Positions 39,392 to 48,073 of a stretch of 64,000 nucleotides of DNA are shown piece by piece (the first letter of the stretch is position 1; each line of letters begins with the position of its first letter). Under the pieces are notes generated by a model. The model did no database searches. It had not been told where the DNA came from and was given only the letters and a program-made list of their open reading frames with translations. A program made the position numbers and the translations under genes. The DNA lies in contig JBIKUK010000003.1 of assembly GCA_044347615.1 (NCBI GenBank), positions 139,895 to 203,894 of the forward strand, written 5' to 3'. This DNA comes from Bdellovibrionota bacterium (GTDB lineage Bacteria; Bdellovibrionota; UBA2428).

Positions 39392-40378
39392 TCAATTAGG
39401 GCTAGCCACGAGTTCAACGTCGTCTAAGTGATCAACCAAAATTTGTGGATTTGCCTGCTGGGGATCCACAACGTTTCCTTTGCCCTTAATTTTCACAATC
39501 ACTGTGGGGTTAATTAATTTATTTCGACCATTTGTAACTTTTGAAGCATCACCTGCATCCCAAAAGGCTGCCAATTTTTCTCTGATTTTTTTAAATAATT
39601 CCTGATCCTCGAAATTTACAATCGTGTACTGACGAGAAAGACCATCCGCAATATCTTCTTTCACAGCAAAAACATCAAATATTACCTGAGAACTCTTAGG
39701 AAACTTTACCAACACCCCCGTGCGCTCAATATCTTTTCCATGAATCTCTACAATCGCTACTTTTTTCTTAAGACTTAAAGCGCGTAAATGCTTGGGATAC
39801 TCCGGAGTAGAAGCAAGCTTTGCTGTCATCTCGACCACATCGTTTCGATAAAGCTCGGGCAACTGCACTCCTGGAGCTAAACGCACAGGCAACACGACAT
39901 CTTGATATTCCACCACTAAAAGTTTGTTCTCTTGGTTGATTGCATGAACAAGAGCCCGAAAACGAGTTCTCTCATTTGGAAAGTTTTTTGGAAAAGCAGA
40001 TTGACGATCATAAGCCTCTCCGTAACTTGTTTGAGAATTTTCTTCGATAACAAGTTTGGTAACGTTGATATGTTTTTGGGGTGCCTTCACAATAATCTCG
40101 CCCCAAACTCTCACACGATCGTGTCTTTTGACCTCTGAAAGTTGCTTTCTAATATCTGGATCCTTCGATAGGAGTGAAACAAATTCAAATTTGAAAAAAT
40201 CCTGCGGGTCACGCAAAGTTCCTACCCAATGACCCTGATCTTGTGGTGCTCCGTGAATTTCTAGACGCACACCTTTGCCTGCCAAATCATCGACAAGACT
40301 CGCACAACCAATGCATGAAAATAAAATTGAAAGAAAAAATACTTTTAAAAACCCCTGCTCCTGCTTTTTCATAACCAT
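39392..40378 (-). CDS. hypothetical lipoprotein
   Basis: Lipobox FSCIGC. No domain recognised. Confidence 0.5.
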   Translation of the reverse strand: MVMKKQEQGFLKVFFLSILFSCIGCASLVDDLAGKGVRLEIHGAPQDQGHWVGTLRDPQDFFKFEFVSLLSKDPDIRKQLSEVKRHDRVRVWGEIIVKAPQKHINVTKLVIEENSQTSYGEAYDRQSAFPKNFPNERTRFRALVHAINQENKLLVVEYQDVVLPVRLAPGVQLPELYRNDVVEMTAKLASTPEYPKHLRALSLKKKVAIVEIHGKDIERTGVLVKFPKSSQVIFDVFAVKEDIADGLSRQYTIVNFEDQELFKKIREKLAAFWDAGDASKVTNGRNKLINPTVIVKIKGKGNVVDPQQANPQILVDHLDDVELVASPN

Positions 40379-40519
40379 TGTTCTTAAGTCTCATGAGAAA
40401 TATTTGCAATTTTCAACGCTCTGCTCATAAAAGAATTTTATTCTATATCAACAAATTTTAGGTTTCTTTTGAATTCAAATAAGTCTAGTTTCGCGCAAAA
40501 GCCTTAGAAGCTTTAAAAA

Positions 40520-41926
40520 ATGAAGCGATTTATTTTTAACTTTTTAAAAGTTTTTTTTCTTTCGGGCTCCTTTTTATTTTCATTTACGTCCTTTTCACAA
40601 AATCTTGAAATTCCACTTCCCGCAAACGCCTATGAAGCAGAGCTCAGCGCAGATCAATTGGAAAAACAATTTATAGAAAGTGCTGTCTCCCACAATATTT
40701 CAAATCCCAAAGAAAACGCTACGCTTCTCTTTTTGTACGCAGGCGAAAGAGTTCCACAAAATATCCGCTGGCTCGCTTCTGTTCTGACTAAGAGAGGTGT
40801 TTGGGTAAAATTCGAAAGAGATCGCTCCAACGAAGAAGGCCTTGAGCTTGTTGAAAATCTCGAAAAATCACAAGACAAATGGCTAGATCCCTTTCTTGCT
40901 AAAGTGAGCGAAAAAGAAACTCAAATCGCTCACGATCGAAATTTTTCGGAAAAAATCAAATACGCGCTTAATGTTTCAAACGCTGAGTTAAAAAAATTTT
41001 TTGGCCTCAGGCAAGGCCTTCGCTTTTACCTTGTACAAAAAGCTTTTACCAATCATAAAACAGGCTTTCGCCAACCCCTGAGTCGCATGGTTCACGACTT
41101 AGCCTGGCAATCTCCCCTGGTTGTTTTTTCTACTTTCAGCGCGATTTATTCGGTCATGAAAAATATCATGCCCATAAGTCCTGATTTTTTTAACTGGACT
41201 CACTACCAATTATTTTTTTCGATGCGTGAACAAATCCACGCAAGCGGAGACGTTCTTCCTCTTGATCCTCTTTATTTTGGAATGGCTGCCGCTATGGTGC
41301 GCACCTTTTGGGGAGTTTTTGATCGAGCAGCGGATGCCGAGCTTAAGCTAGGAAAAAAATACAACCCTTATAAAAATCGTCTCGAAACACCCTACGCATG
41401 GCAAGTGGCTTCTCAGTTCATGCTTTCGTTTGTAGGAGACCTTTACATCCTTGTTTTTGGTCATGTAACTTCTATGGTTTATAGCGGTCAAGCCTTGAGC
41501 GGCCCTTTTGGGGTAGTGGAAATGCTTGGAGAAGTCCCTCACGTCATGCTCAATTCCATGACCGGAGCTTTTGCCAAGAAACTACCGAAATCCATTATTT
41601 TTCACTACGTAAGAAAAGGAACTCTCGCCCAAAAAGGACAGGCCATTTCCAACGCTGTTTTTGGCTATTTCTACTCTGTCCTCAAGATTGCAAACTTACT
41701 TCACGCCGGCGTGCTGGCAGATAGTATTTACTACGGTCTGGGAATCTCCGGCCTTGCCTATGAAATCTACCGTCTGGCAGACAATTATCGAATCTCTCAA
41801 GAGACCAAAACAATCGCTCAAGCACTTAGAAAAAAGTGGGAACAAAGCAAGAAAATCACTCAAACCGGGGGTGAAAAACAAAGCTGCCGTATTTTTCTCT
41901 CAAAGAGCCCGCACTTGAAAATGTAA
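40520..41926 (+). CDS. hypothetical secreted/membrane protein (468 aa) immediately upstream of AAA+/M41 protease gene
   Basis: Signal peptide MKRFIFNFLKVFFLSGSFLFSFTSFS. Several hydrophobic segments in C-terminal half. No domain recognised. Confidence 0.5.
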   Translation: MKRFIFNFLKVFFLSGSFLFSFTSFSQNLEIPLPANAYEAELSADQLEKQFIESAVSHNISNPKENATLLFLYAGERVPQNIRWLASVLTKRGVWVKFERDRSNEEGLELVENLEKSQDKWLDPFLAKVSEKETQIAHDRNFSEKIKYALNVSNAELKKFFGLRQGLRFYLVQKAFTNHKTGFRQPLSRMVHDLAWQSPLVVFSTFSAIYSVMKNIMPISPDFFNWTHYQLFFSMREQIHASGDVLPLDPLYFGMAAAMVRTFWGVFDRAADAELKLGKKYNPYKNRLETPYAWQVASQFMLSFVGDLYILVFGHVTSMVYSGQALSGPFGVVEMLGEVPHVMLNSMTGAFAKKLPKSIIFHYVRKGTLAQKGQAISNAVFGYFYSVLKIANLLHAGVLADSIYYGLGISGLAYEIYRLADNYRISQETKTIAQALRKKWEQSKKITQTGGEKQSCRIFLSKSPHLKM

Positions 41927-42007
41927 CGCTAAGCGTTATGTAAAGCATATGTAAGCTCAGTATAGCATTTGTAAGTTCTCAAAATCATAAATATTTAGCA
42001 CAAGAGA

Positions 42008-45000
42008 ATGTACTTTATGGCATATCAACGAGGGTGGAAAAAATGCTTCTTAACTTTGATACTTCTTTTGGGCTTTGGCGCAGCGACATCAAGTTTCGCG
42101 GCCAAAGAAGATTACTTCAGTGACCATCCAGCAATTGAACAAGAGCTAAAGGCAAAACTTGTCGTTTCTTTTGTGAAATTGAAAGAAATCTGCCTGAAGG
42201 CAATGGATCCTCAAGTAGATTATCTAACCGAGGAAGAAGTCTTCAAGGCACAAGAATACCTCACTCGAATCAAACAATACAAATTTGAATTCCTTGCTCA
42301 CCTCGTTAAAGATCACGCCTATTCTTTGCGAAAATATTTTCCCGATCTTTATCAGATTAAAAAAACGCCCGCTAAAAGCAGATTCTTTTTTCGCTACACG
42401 ACTCTTCTGACTTTTTACTACAGCGCTCTTGCAGAATTAGGAATTGCTCAAGACGTTCCTTTTATCGAAGCAGAAGCCGACGAGTTCGTTCACCTACAAA
42501 AGCATTTCAAGACGAAGCACGCTTTTGTTCACGATGATAGCAAGAAAGCTTACGACTCCCTTCTCAACAAATTGCATTACGCTATTCGAATTTCAGAAAA
42601 CAAAACAAATAAAGCTCGATACATAACTGAAATTTCAGATCCTGATCATCCTGATTTCATGCCTATCTCAAAAGCTCAAAACTTTTTAGAAGCAACTGGA
42701 GATAGCAGACTTGCAAAAGTAGATGCTCTCAACCCCGATCACTTCTCTCCTCAACAGATCGAAATTTTTCGCGCTGCTATTCAAGGCAATGCAATCGGAC
42801 AACAAGATGCCGAAGATGCTTTTGCTCGAATGGAAACAAAACGTCTCCTAGGTGCTACCGACGGCAAGCCTCAAAAGGTATGGCTCATGGGCCCCACTGC
42901 TACAGGTAAAGATGCCTATACTCACGCCTTTGCTTCTGCCATCAATATTGGCAAAAGTGCCAGTGAAGCAGATCATGTCTTTGAATTACCCGTTGTCCAC
43001 AATGAAGGTGATTTGAGTACAATCACGGGCTCATCTACTGGATACGTTGGATCAAATGCACAATCGCGCTTCGTTCACTTTCTCGTAAATCACTCGGGTG
43101 GCAAATATCACATCGACTTAGACGATACAGGAAAAGAAATCGTCTTGGATGGTCCTCACCCCGAACACGAGGGAGCTACCTTTAAGCCAAGTCAGGCAGT
43201 TGTTTTTATCAACAAAATTGACCAATGGTCTTCTGAGTTCATTGATAAAATTTTGATTGATCTTGTTTCAAAAGGAAAAATGGTTATCCGAGCGCCTGGA
43301 CAAGATGGTCTTGCTGAAATTCAAGTGCCCGTAAATATCGTCGTAGCTTCTCAACACGGAAGTGAAATCATTTTTCCTGACGACCGTGAAGGAAAAGAAG
43401 TGACTCTCAAACAAGCTCTCTTGAACTACGATACAGCCCGCAAAGACAAGTCTAAGCTACGTAACGCCATCGAAAGAAGAGGCGCCCTAAGGCTTGATCG
43501 ACCAGACGAAAGACCTCGAAGTGTTCCGTCTGATTTCACAAACCTTTTTTCAAACGAAGAGCTTGTTCTCTTTAAGCCTCATGATGAAGAAATTTTAAAA
43601 GAAATCACCCGTAGAAAAATTCAGGCAAAAATTAAAACCTATCAGGGAATTCAAAAATACTTGGGGCAAGCAAACTTTGAAATCCTCCCAGAAACGGTAG
43701 CCTATATTTCAAAGTTTAAACGTAAACTCATCGATGGAGCGAAAGGAATAGATTCGATCATTGATGATTTTATCGAAAAGCCAATCCTTACGGCTCTTCA
43801 AAATGGTGAGCTCAAAGATGAAGGTCCAACGGGAAGAACTTATGTCCTCGGAATTGTAGAGGACAAAGAAAGCCACATTGTTCTTCAAATAAAAACTCGT
43901 GATCCCAAAAACGAGGGAGCCTTCCTCGAAGATCAGACAAAAAACATTTACGTCAGAACAGTCGAAACGCCTCCAGACCTATTCAGTGAAGCTGAAAAAG
44001 TAAAATTTGAAAATTTTGAAAAGAATTTTTCAAAACATATTTTCGGCTTTCAAGAACTAGGAAAGCAATTCTCAAAAGCACTTTATCTAAGCGAAGCTCT
44101 AAGCCGAAGAAGTAGCATTGGAAAAGCAAGACGCTTTATGGAATTGGGTCTTTCTGCAACAGGAAAAACTCAAACTGCAAAAGAAGTGAATCGCTTTTAC
44201 TACGGAGAAGATGCTCAACTTGAAATGATCGACTTCAACAACGTTAACCATAAACAAGACGTTCAAGACTTACTCTACGGTCGAAGAGGCGAAGGCCCCA
44301 GTCCGTTCATGAAAGCTTACGATAAAAATAACGGAAAAGTTTTGATCCTCCTGGACGAAATCGCCAACGTCAGAGACATCAACGCTCTCGTCCCTCTTTA
44401 CCAATTGCTAGACGAAGCAAAGGTAACTGGATTTAACGATAACGTTCCTCGTTTAATGGAAAACGTTACTTTCATTCTCACAGGTAACGCTACGGAAGAA
44501 ATCTATCGAGTGATTATGAGAAGCATCCCTGAAGAAATTCAGCGCCAGGCTCAAATCGATATCTACAAAAGATTCAATAACGACCCTCAATACAAGAGAG
44601 CCGTTTTAGAATCGCACTTTCGCCAAGCATTCCTTAACCGATTTCCACCCGAAAATATCGTTATCTTCCCGCCCTTGAGCCACGAAGCTTTGCGCGAACT
44701 TGTGCACTCAAAGATTGGAATTTTTGAAAAAGGAATCACCGAAAACCTCAAGTCCAGAAAGATCGAACTCCAATTTGAAAGCCCTGAAAATTTTGAAAAA
44801 TTTGTAGAAGCTATCGAATGGGCAGCTTTTGATGTGTGGGTACAAGGTCGCTCCATTGAAGCTTTCGTGAACGAAACTCTTGATGCAGACATTCTTGTTG
44901 CCTTGAAAAGCCTTCATCTTAAAGACGGAGAGCCCGTAATTTTGAAATTTATCGAAACAAGAGAAACCGACACTCACGACTCAAAACGTCGCGATATTAT

Positions 45001-46000
45001 TCTAGCTCTTGAACATGCTGGGGAGTCTCAAACCATTCAAGTTCAAGGAAAGAAAGTTCTTTCGCGAGTCAGTGACACAAAAGTAGCGCGCTTGATTACC
45101 GGCGCTCACGAAGCTGGACACGAGATTGCCAGAAGAGCTCTTTCTCGTGAATTCACTAAATCTAAAAAAGTCAGTATCATTCCTGGAGTTGCAGAAATTG
45201 CAGGGGAATACATTTATTACGCTGGAGTTGCTTCCTGGGAAGAAATCGCTAAAACATGCGGCACTCGAAATGACATGCTCGCTCAAATGGCAGAACTCAT
45301 TGCGGGTGGCGAAGCTGGTCGTATGGTAACAGTCGGAAATGTTTCAGAACATGGCCAAAGTAACGACTTGGAACGTACGAACGCTATTGCTGAAATCATG
45401 ATCCTCAAATGGGGTCTTGAAGGCAGCTGGGGCTTTGAAGGTCCAGGGCGTGGAGAAACGGTTAACCAATACTTAAATCGACTCTCACCTGAGCAACGAC
45501 GTAAACTTGAACTTGCTAAAGCAAATGTAATTCAAGAAGCGACAGATATAGCTCAAGAGGTTTTAAAAGATAACCGAGAAACTCTCTTTGCCTTTGGTCG
45601 CGAAGTCACTCGCTTAGGAGAAGTTGACTCTGCGGCGATTGAGAAATTTTTCTCAGAGCACGAAGTTGCAGATTACTGGAGTAAACCCAAAAAAGGCCGC
45701 GTGGCTCAAGCTTTCAAAAAAGTTTTTGATTGGACTAAAAAACTTCGTGAAGCAAAAGCCCCCAGTACTCGAACTCCTATTCTTGTAAAAGAATTTGTAG
45801 CAGATGTCGAAAAAGCAGAAGTTGCTAAGATCGAGGATATTCTTTCTGAAAGAAAAGCAGCAGAAATTGCTCACATCAAAGTCCCCTCGCATCTTAAGTA
45901 TAAGAGCCAGCAAGAAAGCAACTCTAAGACCTCTTGGGCGCTTGCAGTTGTGCCTCAAACACAAATTTCTGCAAATTGCTTAACCTTGTTGCGAAGATAA
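42008..46000 (+). CDS. 1330-aa signal-peptide protein with two tandem ClpA/B-D2-type (AAA_2) ATPase modules and a C-terminal FtsH-like M41 zinc metalloprotease domain
   Basis: Module 1 resembles Clp D2: GPTATGKD (Walker A with D instead of S/T), TGYVGSNAQSRF (cf. ClpB GAPPGYVGYEEGG), VVFINKIDQW (Walker B DE replaced by NK). Module 2 aligns residue-for-residue with ClpB D2: GLSATGKTQTAKEV...MIDFNNVNHKQDVQDLLYG...VLILLDEIANV...LLDEAKVTG...NVTFILTGN. C-terminus RLITGAHEAGHEIARRAL...KVSIIPGVAEIAGEY...GQSNDLERTNAIAEIMILKWGL matches FtsH M41 (HEAGHA...KVTIIPRG...GASND...A..MV..WG). N-terminal hydrophobic signal CFLTLILLLGFGAATSSFAA. Confidence 0.8.
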   Translation: MYFMAYQRGWKKCFLTLILLLGFGAATSSFAAKEDYFSDHPAIEQELKAKLVVSFVKLKEICLKAMDPQVDYLTEEEVFKAQEYLTRIKQYKFEFLAHLVKDHAYSLRKYFPDLYQIKKTPAKSRFFFRYTTLLTFYYSALAELGIAQDVPFIEAEADEFVHLQKHFKTKHAFVHDDSKKAYDSLLNKLHYAIRISENKTNKARYITEISDPDHPDFMPISKAQNFLEATGDSRLAKVDALNPDHFSPQQIEIFRAAIQGNAIGQQDAEDAFARMETKRLLGATDGKPQKVWLMGPTATGKDAYTHAFASAINIGKSASEADHVFELPVVHNEGDLSTITGSSTGYVGSNAQSRFVHFLVNHSGGKYHIDLDDTGKEIVLDGPHPEHEGATFKPSQAVVFINKIDQWSSEFIDKILIDLVSKGKMVIRAPGQDGLAEIQVPVNIVVASQHGSEIIFPDDREGKEVTLKQALLNYDTARKDKSKLRNAIERRGALRLDRPDERPRSVPSDFTNLFSNEELVLFKPHDEEILKEITRRKIQAKIKTYQGIQKYLGQANFEILPETVAYISKFKRKLIDGAKGIDSIIDDFIEKPILTALQNGELKDEGPTGRTYVLGIVEDKESHIVLQIKTRDPKNEGAFLEDQTKNIYVRTVETPPDLFSEAEKVKFENFEKNFSKHIFGFQELGKQFSKALYLSEALSRRSSIGKARRFMELGLSATGKTQTAKEVNRFYYGEDAQLEMIDFNNVNHKQDVQDLLYGRRGEGPSPFMKAYDKNNGKVLILLDEIANVRDINALVPLYQLLDEAKVTGFNDNVPRLMENVTFILTGNATEEIYRVIMRSIPEEIQRQAQIDIYKRFNNDPQYKRAVLESHFRQAFLNRFPPENIVIFPPLSHEALRELVHSKIGIFEKGITENLKSRKIELQFESPENFEKFVEAIEWAAFDVWVQGRSIEAFVNETLDADILVALKSLHLKDGEPVILKFIETRETDTHDSKRRDIILALEHAGESQTIQVQGKKVLSRVSDTKVARLITGAHEAGHEIARRALSREFTKSKKVSIIPGVAEIAGEYIYYAGVASWEEIAKTCGTRNDMLAQMAELIAGGEAGRMVTVGNVSEHGQSNDLERTNAIAEIMILKWGLEGSWGFEGPGRGETVNQYLNRLSPEQRRKLELAKANVIQEATDIAQEVLKDNRETLFAFGREVTRLGEVDSAAIEKFFSEHEVADYWSKPKKGRVAQAFKKVFDWTKKLREAKAPSTRTPILVKEFVADVEKAEVAKIEDILSERKAAEIAHIKVPSHLKYKSQQESNSKTSWALAVVPQTQISANCLTLLRR

Positions 46001-46038
46001 ACGAAACTCTCATTGGACTCTAAATAAACGCACAACTT

Positions 46039-46073
46039 GAGATCCTAAGCCTTGACTAGGGCTTAGGATCTCT
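46039..46073 (+). terminator. perfect 13-bp stem-loop after the AAA+/M41 gene (probable terminator or RNA structure, weak U-tract)
   Basis: gagatcctaagcc-ttgactag-ggcttaggatctc, followed by ttcaagaa rather than a clean T-run. Confidence 0.35.
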
Positions 46074-46079
46074 TCAAGA

Positions 46080-47597
46080 ATGCTGGGACGAGAGCGCTGT
46101 AAGATGAGTCTAAAATTTTTAAAACTTTCAAAATCCGAACTGTATTTTCTTGCAATGATTCTCGCGATGACTCTTTTAGGGCTCATCGTCGAACTCAGCG
46201 ACGATGAAGTCTACTACTGGAGCTGGAGTCTAAGACCCGCTCTTTCCTACTTTGACCATCCCCCACTTCAAGCGTGGACAACCGCTCTCTCAACGAGTCT
46301 TTTTGGCAAGAATAACTTTGCCGTAAGACTTCCTGCTATTCTTTTTCTTATTTTTTCAGGCTGGCTTCTTCTAAAGCTTGCCAAAAAACACAAGATTGAA
46401 GACTCAGCGCTCTGGATTTGCCTTAACTCACCTACTTTCTATATTTTCTCATGGATCATACTTCCCGACATTTGCTTTCTTCCCTTAGCACTTTTAAGCC
46501 TTTATCTAGCTGAAAGTAAAAAATACTTTCGATCAGGAATAAGCAGCGGCTTTGCTTTGCTCGCAAAATGGCACGCCCTTCTGCTTCTACCTGCCGTTTG
46601 CTTTTCTATTCTTTTCAAAGAAAAAGAAAACTTTAGATCAAAAATAAAAAATCTTTTTTCATATCTTATTCCTGCATGTGTTTTACAAATACCTGTTCTT
46701 ATTTGGAACGCACAACACAACTGGGAGCCTTTTTACTACCATTTCGTAAAACGACACGCTCGCCACTCTCACAAAATTTTAGATCTTTTAAAAAATGGAT
46801 TTTCTTTTATAACAGTCTTCTTATTGCTCATGGGCTTTGGCTTTATCTATCTAGCTTTTCAGTATTTCAAAACATCCTTAAAAAAAGGAAAGTTCTCATT
46901 TCAGAAATCAGACTTATTTCTTTTAGCGTATGCAGTACCTTTTATTGGAATATTCGGACTATCGGCGATAAACGGTGAAACGCGCGTCTACTGGACGTGC
47001 TTTGCTGTCTACCCTCTTTCGATTTTTCTGCTAAAACATGCAACTCAAAAACAAAGAGAAACTTTTTCAAAAATTTCTCAAAAAACTTTTATTATCTTCA
47101 CTCCTATCATCTTTGCAATTCTACTTTTTCCAGTTGGTTATGTTATTAAGCCGATCGTTGAAATTTATCGAAAATACGATTTAAGGATGTCACCTCGAGG
47201 TGATTTTCGAGGCTGGAAGGAATGGGGCGAAAAAACCCTTCAAACACTTGAGACTCCTAAAGATCAAACTCTTTTTATAGCAGCAGACTTTCGACTTGCT
47301 TCACAGCTTTTGTGGAACATGCCCCTCTCTCTTGAAAACGTTCACTGCATTGATAACCACAACCAATACAAAACATGGACGGCTCCAGATTCGCGAAAAT
47401 TTTTAAAAGCTATTTTTGTAGGCGACAATAGACATGGACTTGAAAAAGAACGCTTTCAAAGCATTTGCCATCACCCTCTCGCATGGAAAGAAAGCGAAAC
47501 ACTTCTTCTAGGAAAAGCCATAAAACTGATAACTGAAAGCGAATGCCGTGAGCTCAATCACGAAAAGTATGCAGACTTGATGAGCCTTTCTCGGTAA
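46080..47597 (+). CDS. ArnT/PMT-family (GT39/GT83-like) membrane glycosyltransferase
   Basis: DDEVYYWSWSL...YFDHPPL matches the ArnT/PMT_2 N-terminal motif (DEaYYw..w...yfdHPP). Multiple TM segments. Start may be 46104. Confidence 0.7.
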   Translation: MLGRERCKMSLKFLKLSKSELYFLAMILAMTLLGLIVELSDDEVYYWSWSLRPALSYFDHPPLQAWTTALSTSLFGKNNFAVRLPAILFLIFSGWLLLKLAKKHKIEDSALWICLNSPTFYIFSWIILPDICFLPLALLSLYLAESKKYFRSGISSGFALLAKWHALLLLPAVCFSILFKEKENFRSKIKNLFSYLIPACVLQIPVLIWNAQHNWEPFYYHFVKRHARHSHKILDLLKNGFSFITVFLLLMGFGFIYLAFQYFKTSLKKGKFSFQKSDLFLLAYAVPFIGIFGLSAINGETRVYWTCFAVYPLSIFLLKHATQKQRETFSKISQKTFIIFTPIIFAILLFPVGYVIKPIVEIYRKYDLRMSPRGDFRGWKEWGEKTLQTLETPKDQTLFIAADFRLASQLLWNMPLSLENVHCIDNHNQYKTWTAPDSRKFLKAIFVGDNRHGLEKERFQSICHHPLAWKESETLLLGKAIKLITESECRELNHEKYADLMSLSR

Positions 47598-48073
47598 ACA
47601 AGCTCTGCGGCTCCAAAAAAGAGAATTCCATAAAAGGCATCGCCTAAAAGAGCGTTTCTCAAAAAAGGAATTCCGGCCACTAAACAAGCTATATAGCCTT
47701 GCATCGTTTGAGGATAGAAATTTCCCTGAAAGAAAAACGCTGTATTTGTAAAAAAGAAAAAGAATAAAGAAGCCGGAATTAAAAATAAAAGCTTTTGTAA
47801 ATAAGAGAGTTTTTTCATGACGAAAAAACCAACCACAGAGACAAGCATAAAAGCCACGTAAACTGCCCACATGTAGGGATAAAAGCCTAAAATGCAATCA
47901 CTTAAAAAAAGAGCTGCTAAGGGAATACAAAAAGATTCCGTTGCTTTCTTCAAGTAAGAAACACCTAGGAGAGATAAGACTGTAAGAGATGTAAAGTTGT
48001 CCGGATGAGGAACCAGACGACTAAAGGCAGCTAAAAATACTAGAGTTATTAAAATCCAAGGATATTTTTTCAT
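47558..48073 (-). CDS. small polytopic membrane protein (171 aa), last gene of metH operon
   Basis: 5-6 hydrophobic helices. Start overlaps metH stop (ATGA). No family recognised. Convergent 40-bp overlap with arnT-like gene end. Confidence 0.5.
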   Translation of the reverse strand: MKKYPWILITLVFLAAFSRLVPHPDNFTSLTVLSLLGVSYLKKATESFCIPLAALFLSDCILGFYPYMWAVYVAFMLVSVVGFFVMKKLSYLQKLLFLIPASLFFFFFTNTAFFFQGNFYPQTMQGYIACLVAGIPFLRNALLGDAFYGILFFGAAELVYRERLIKSAYFS

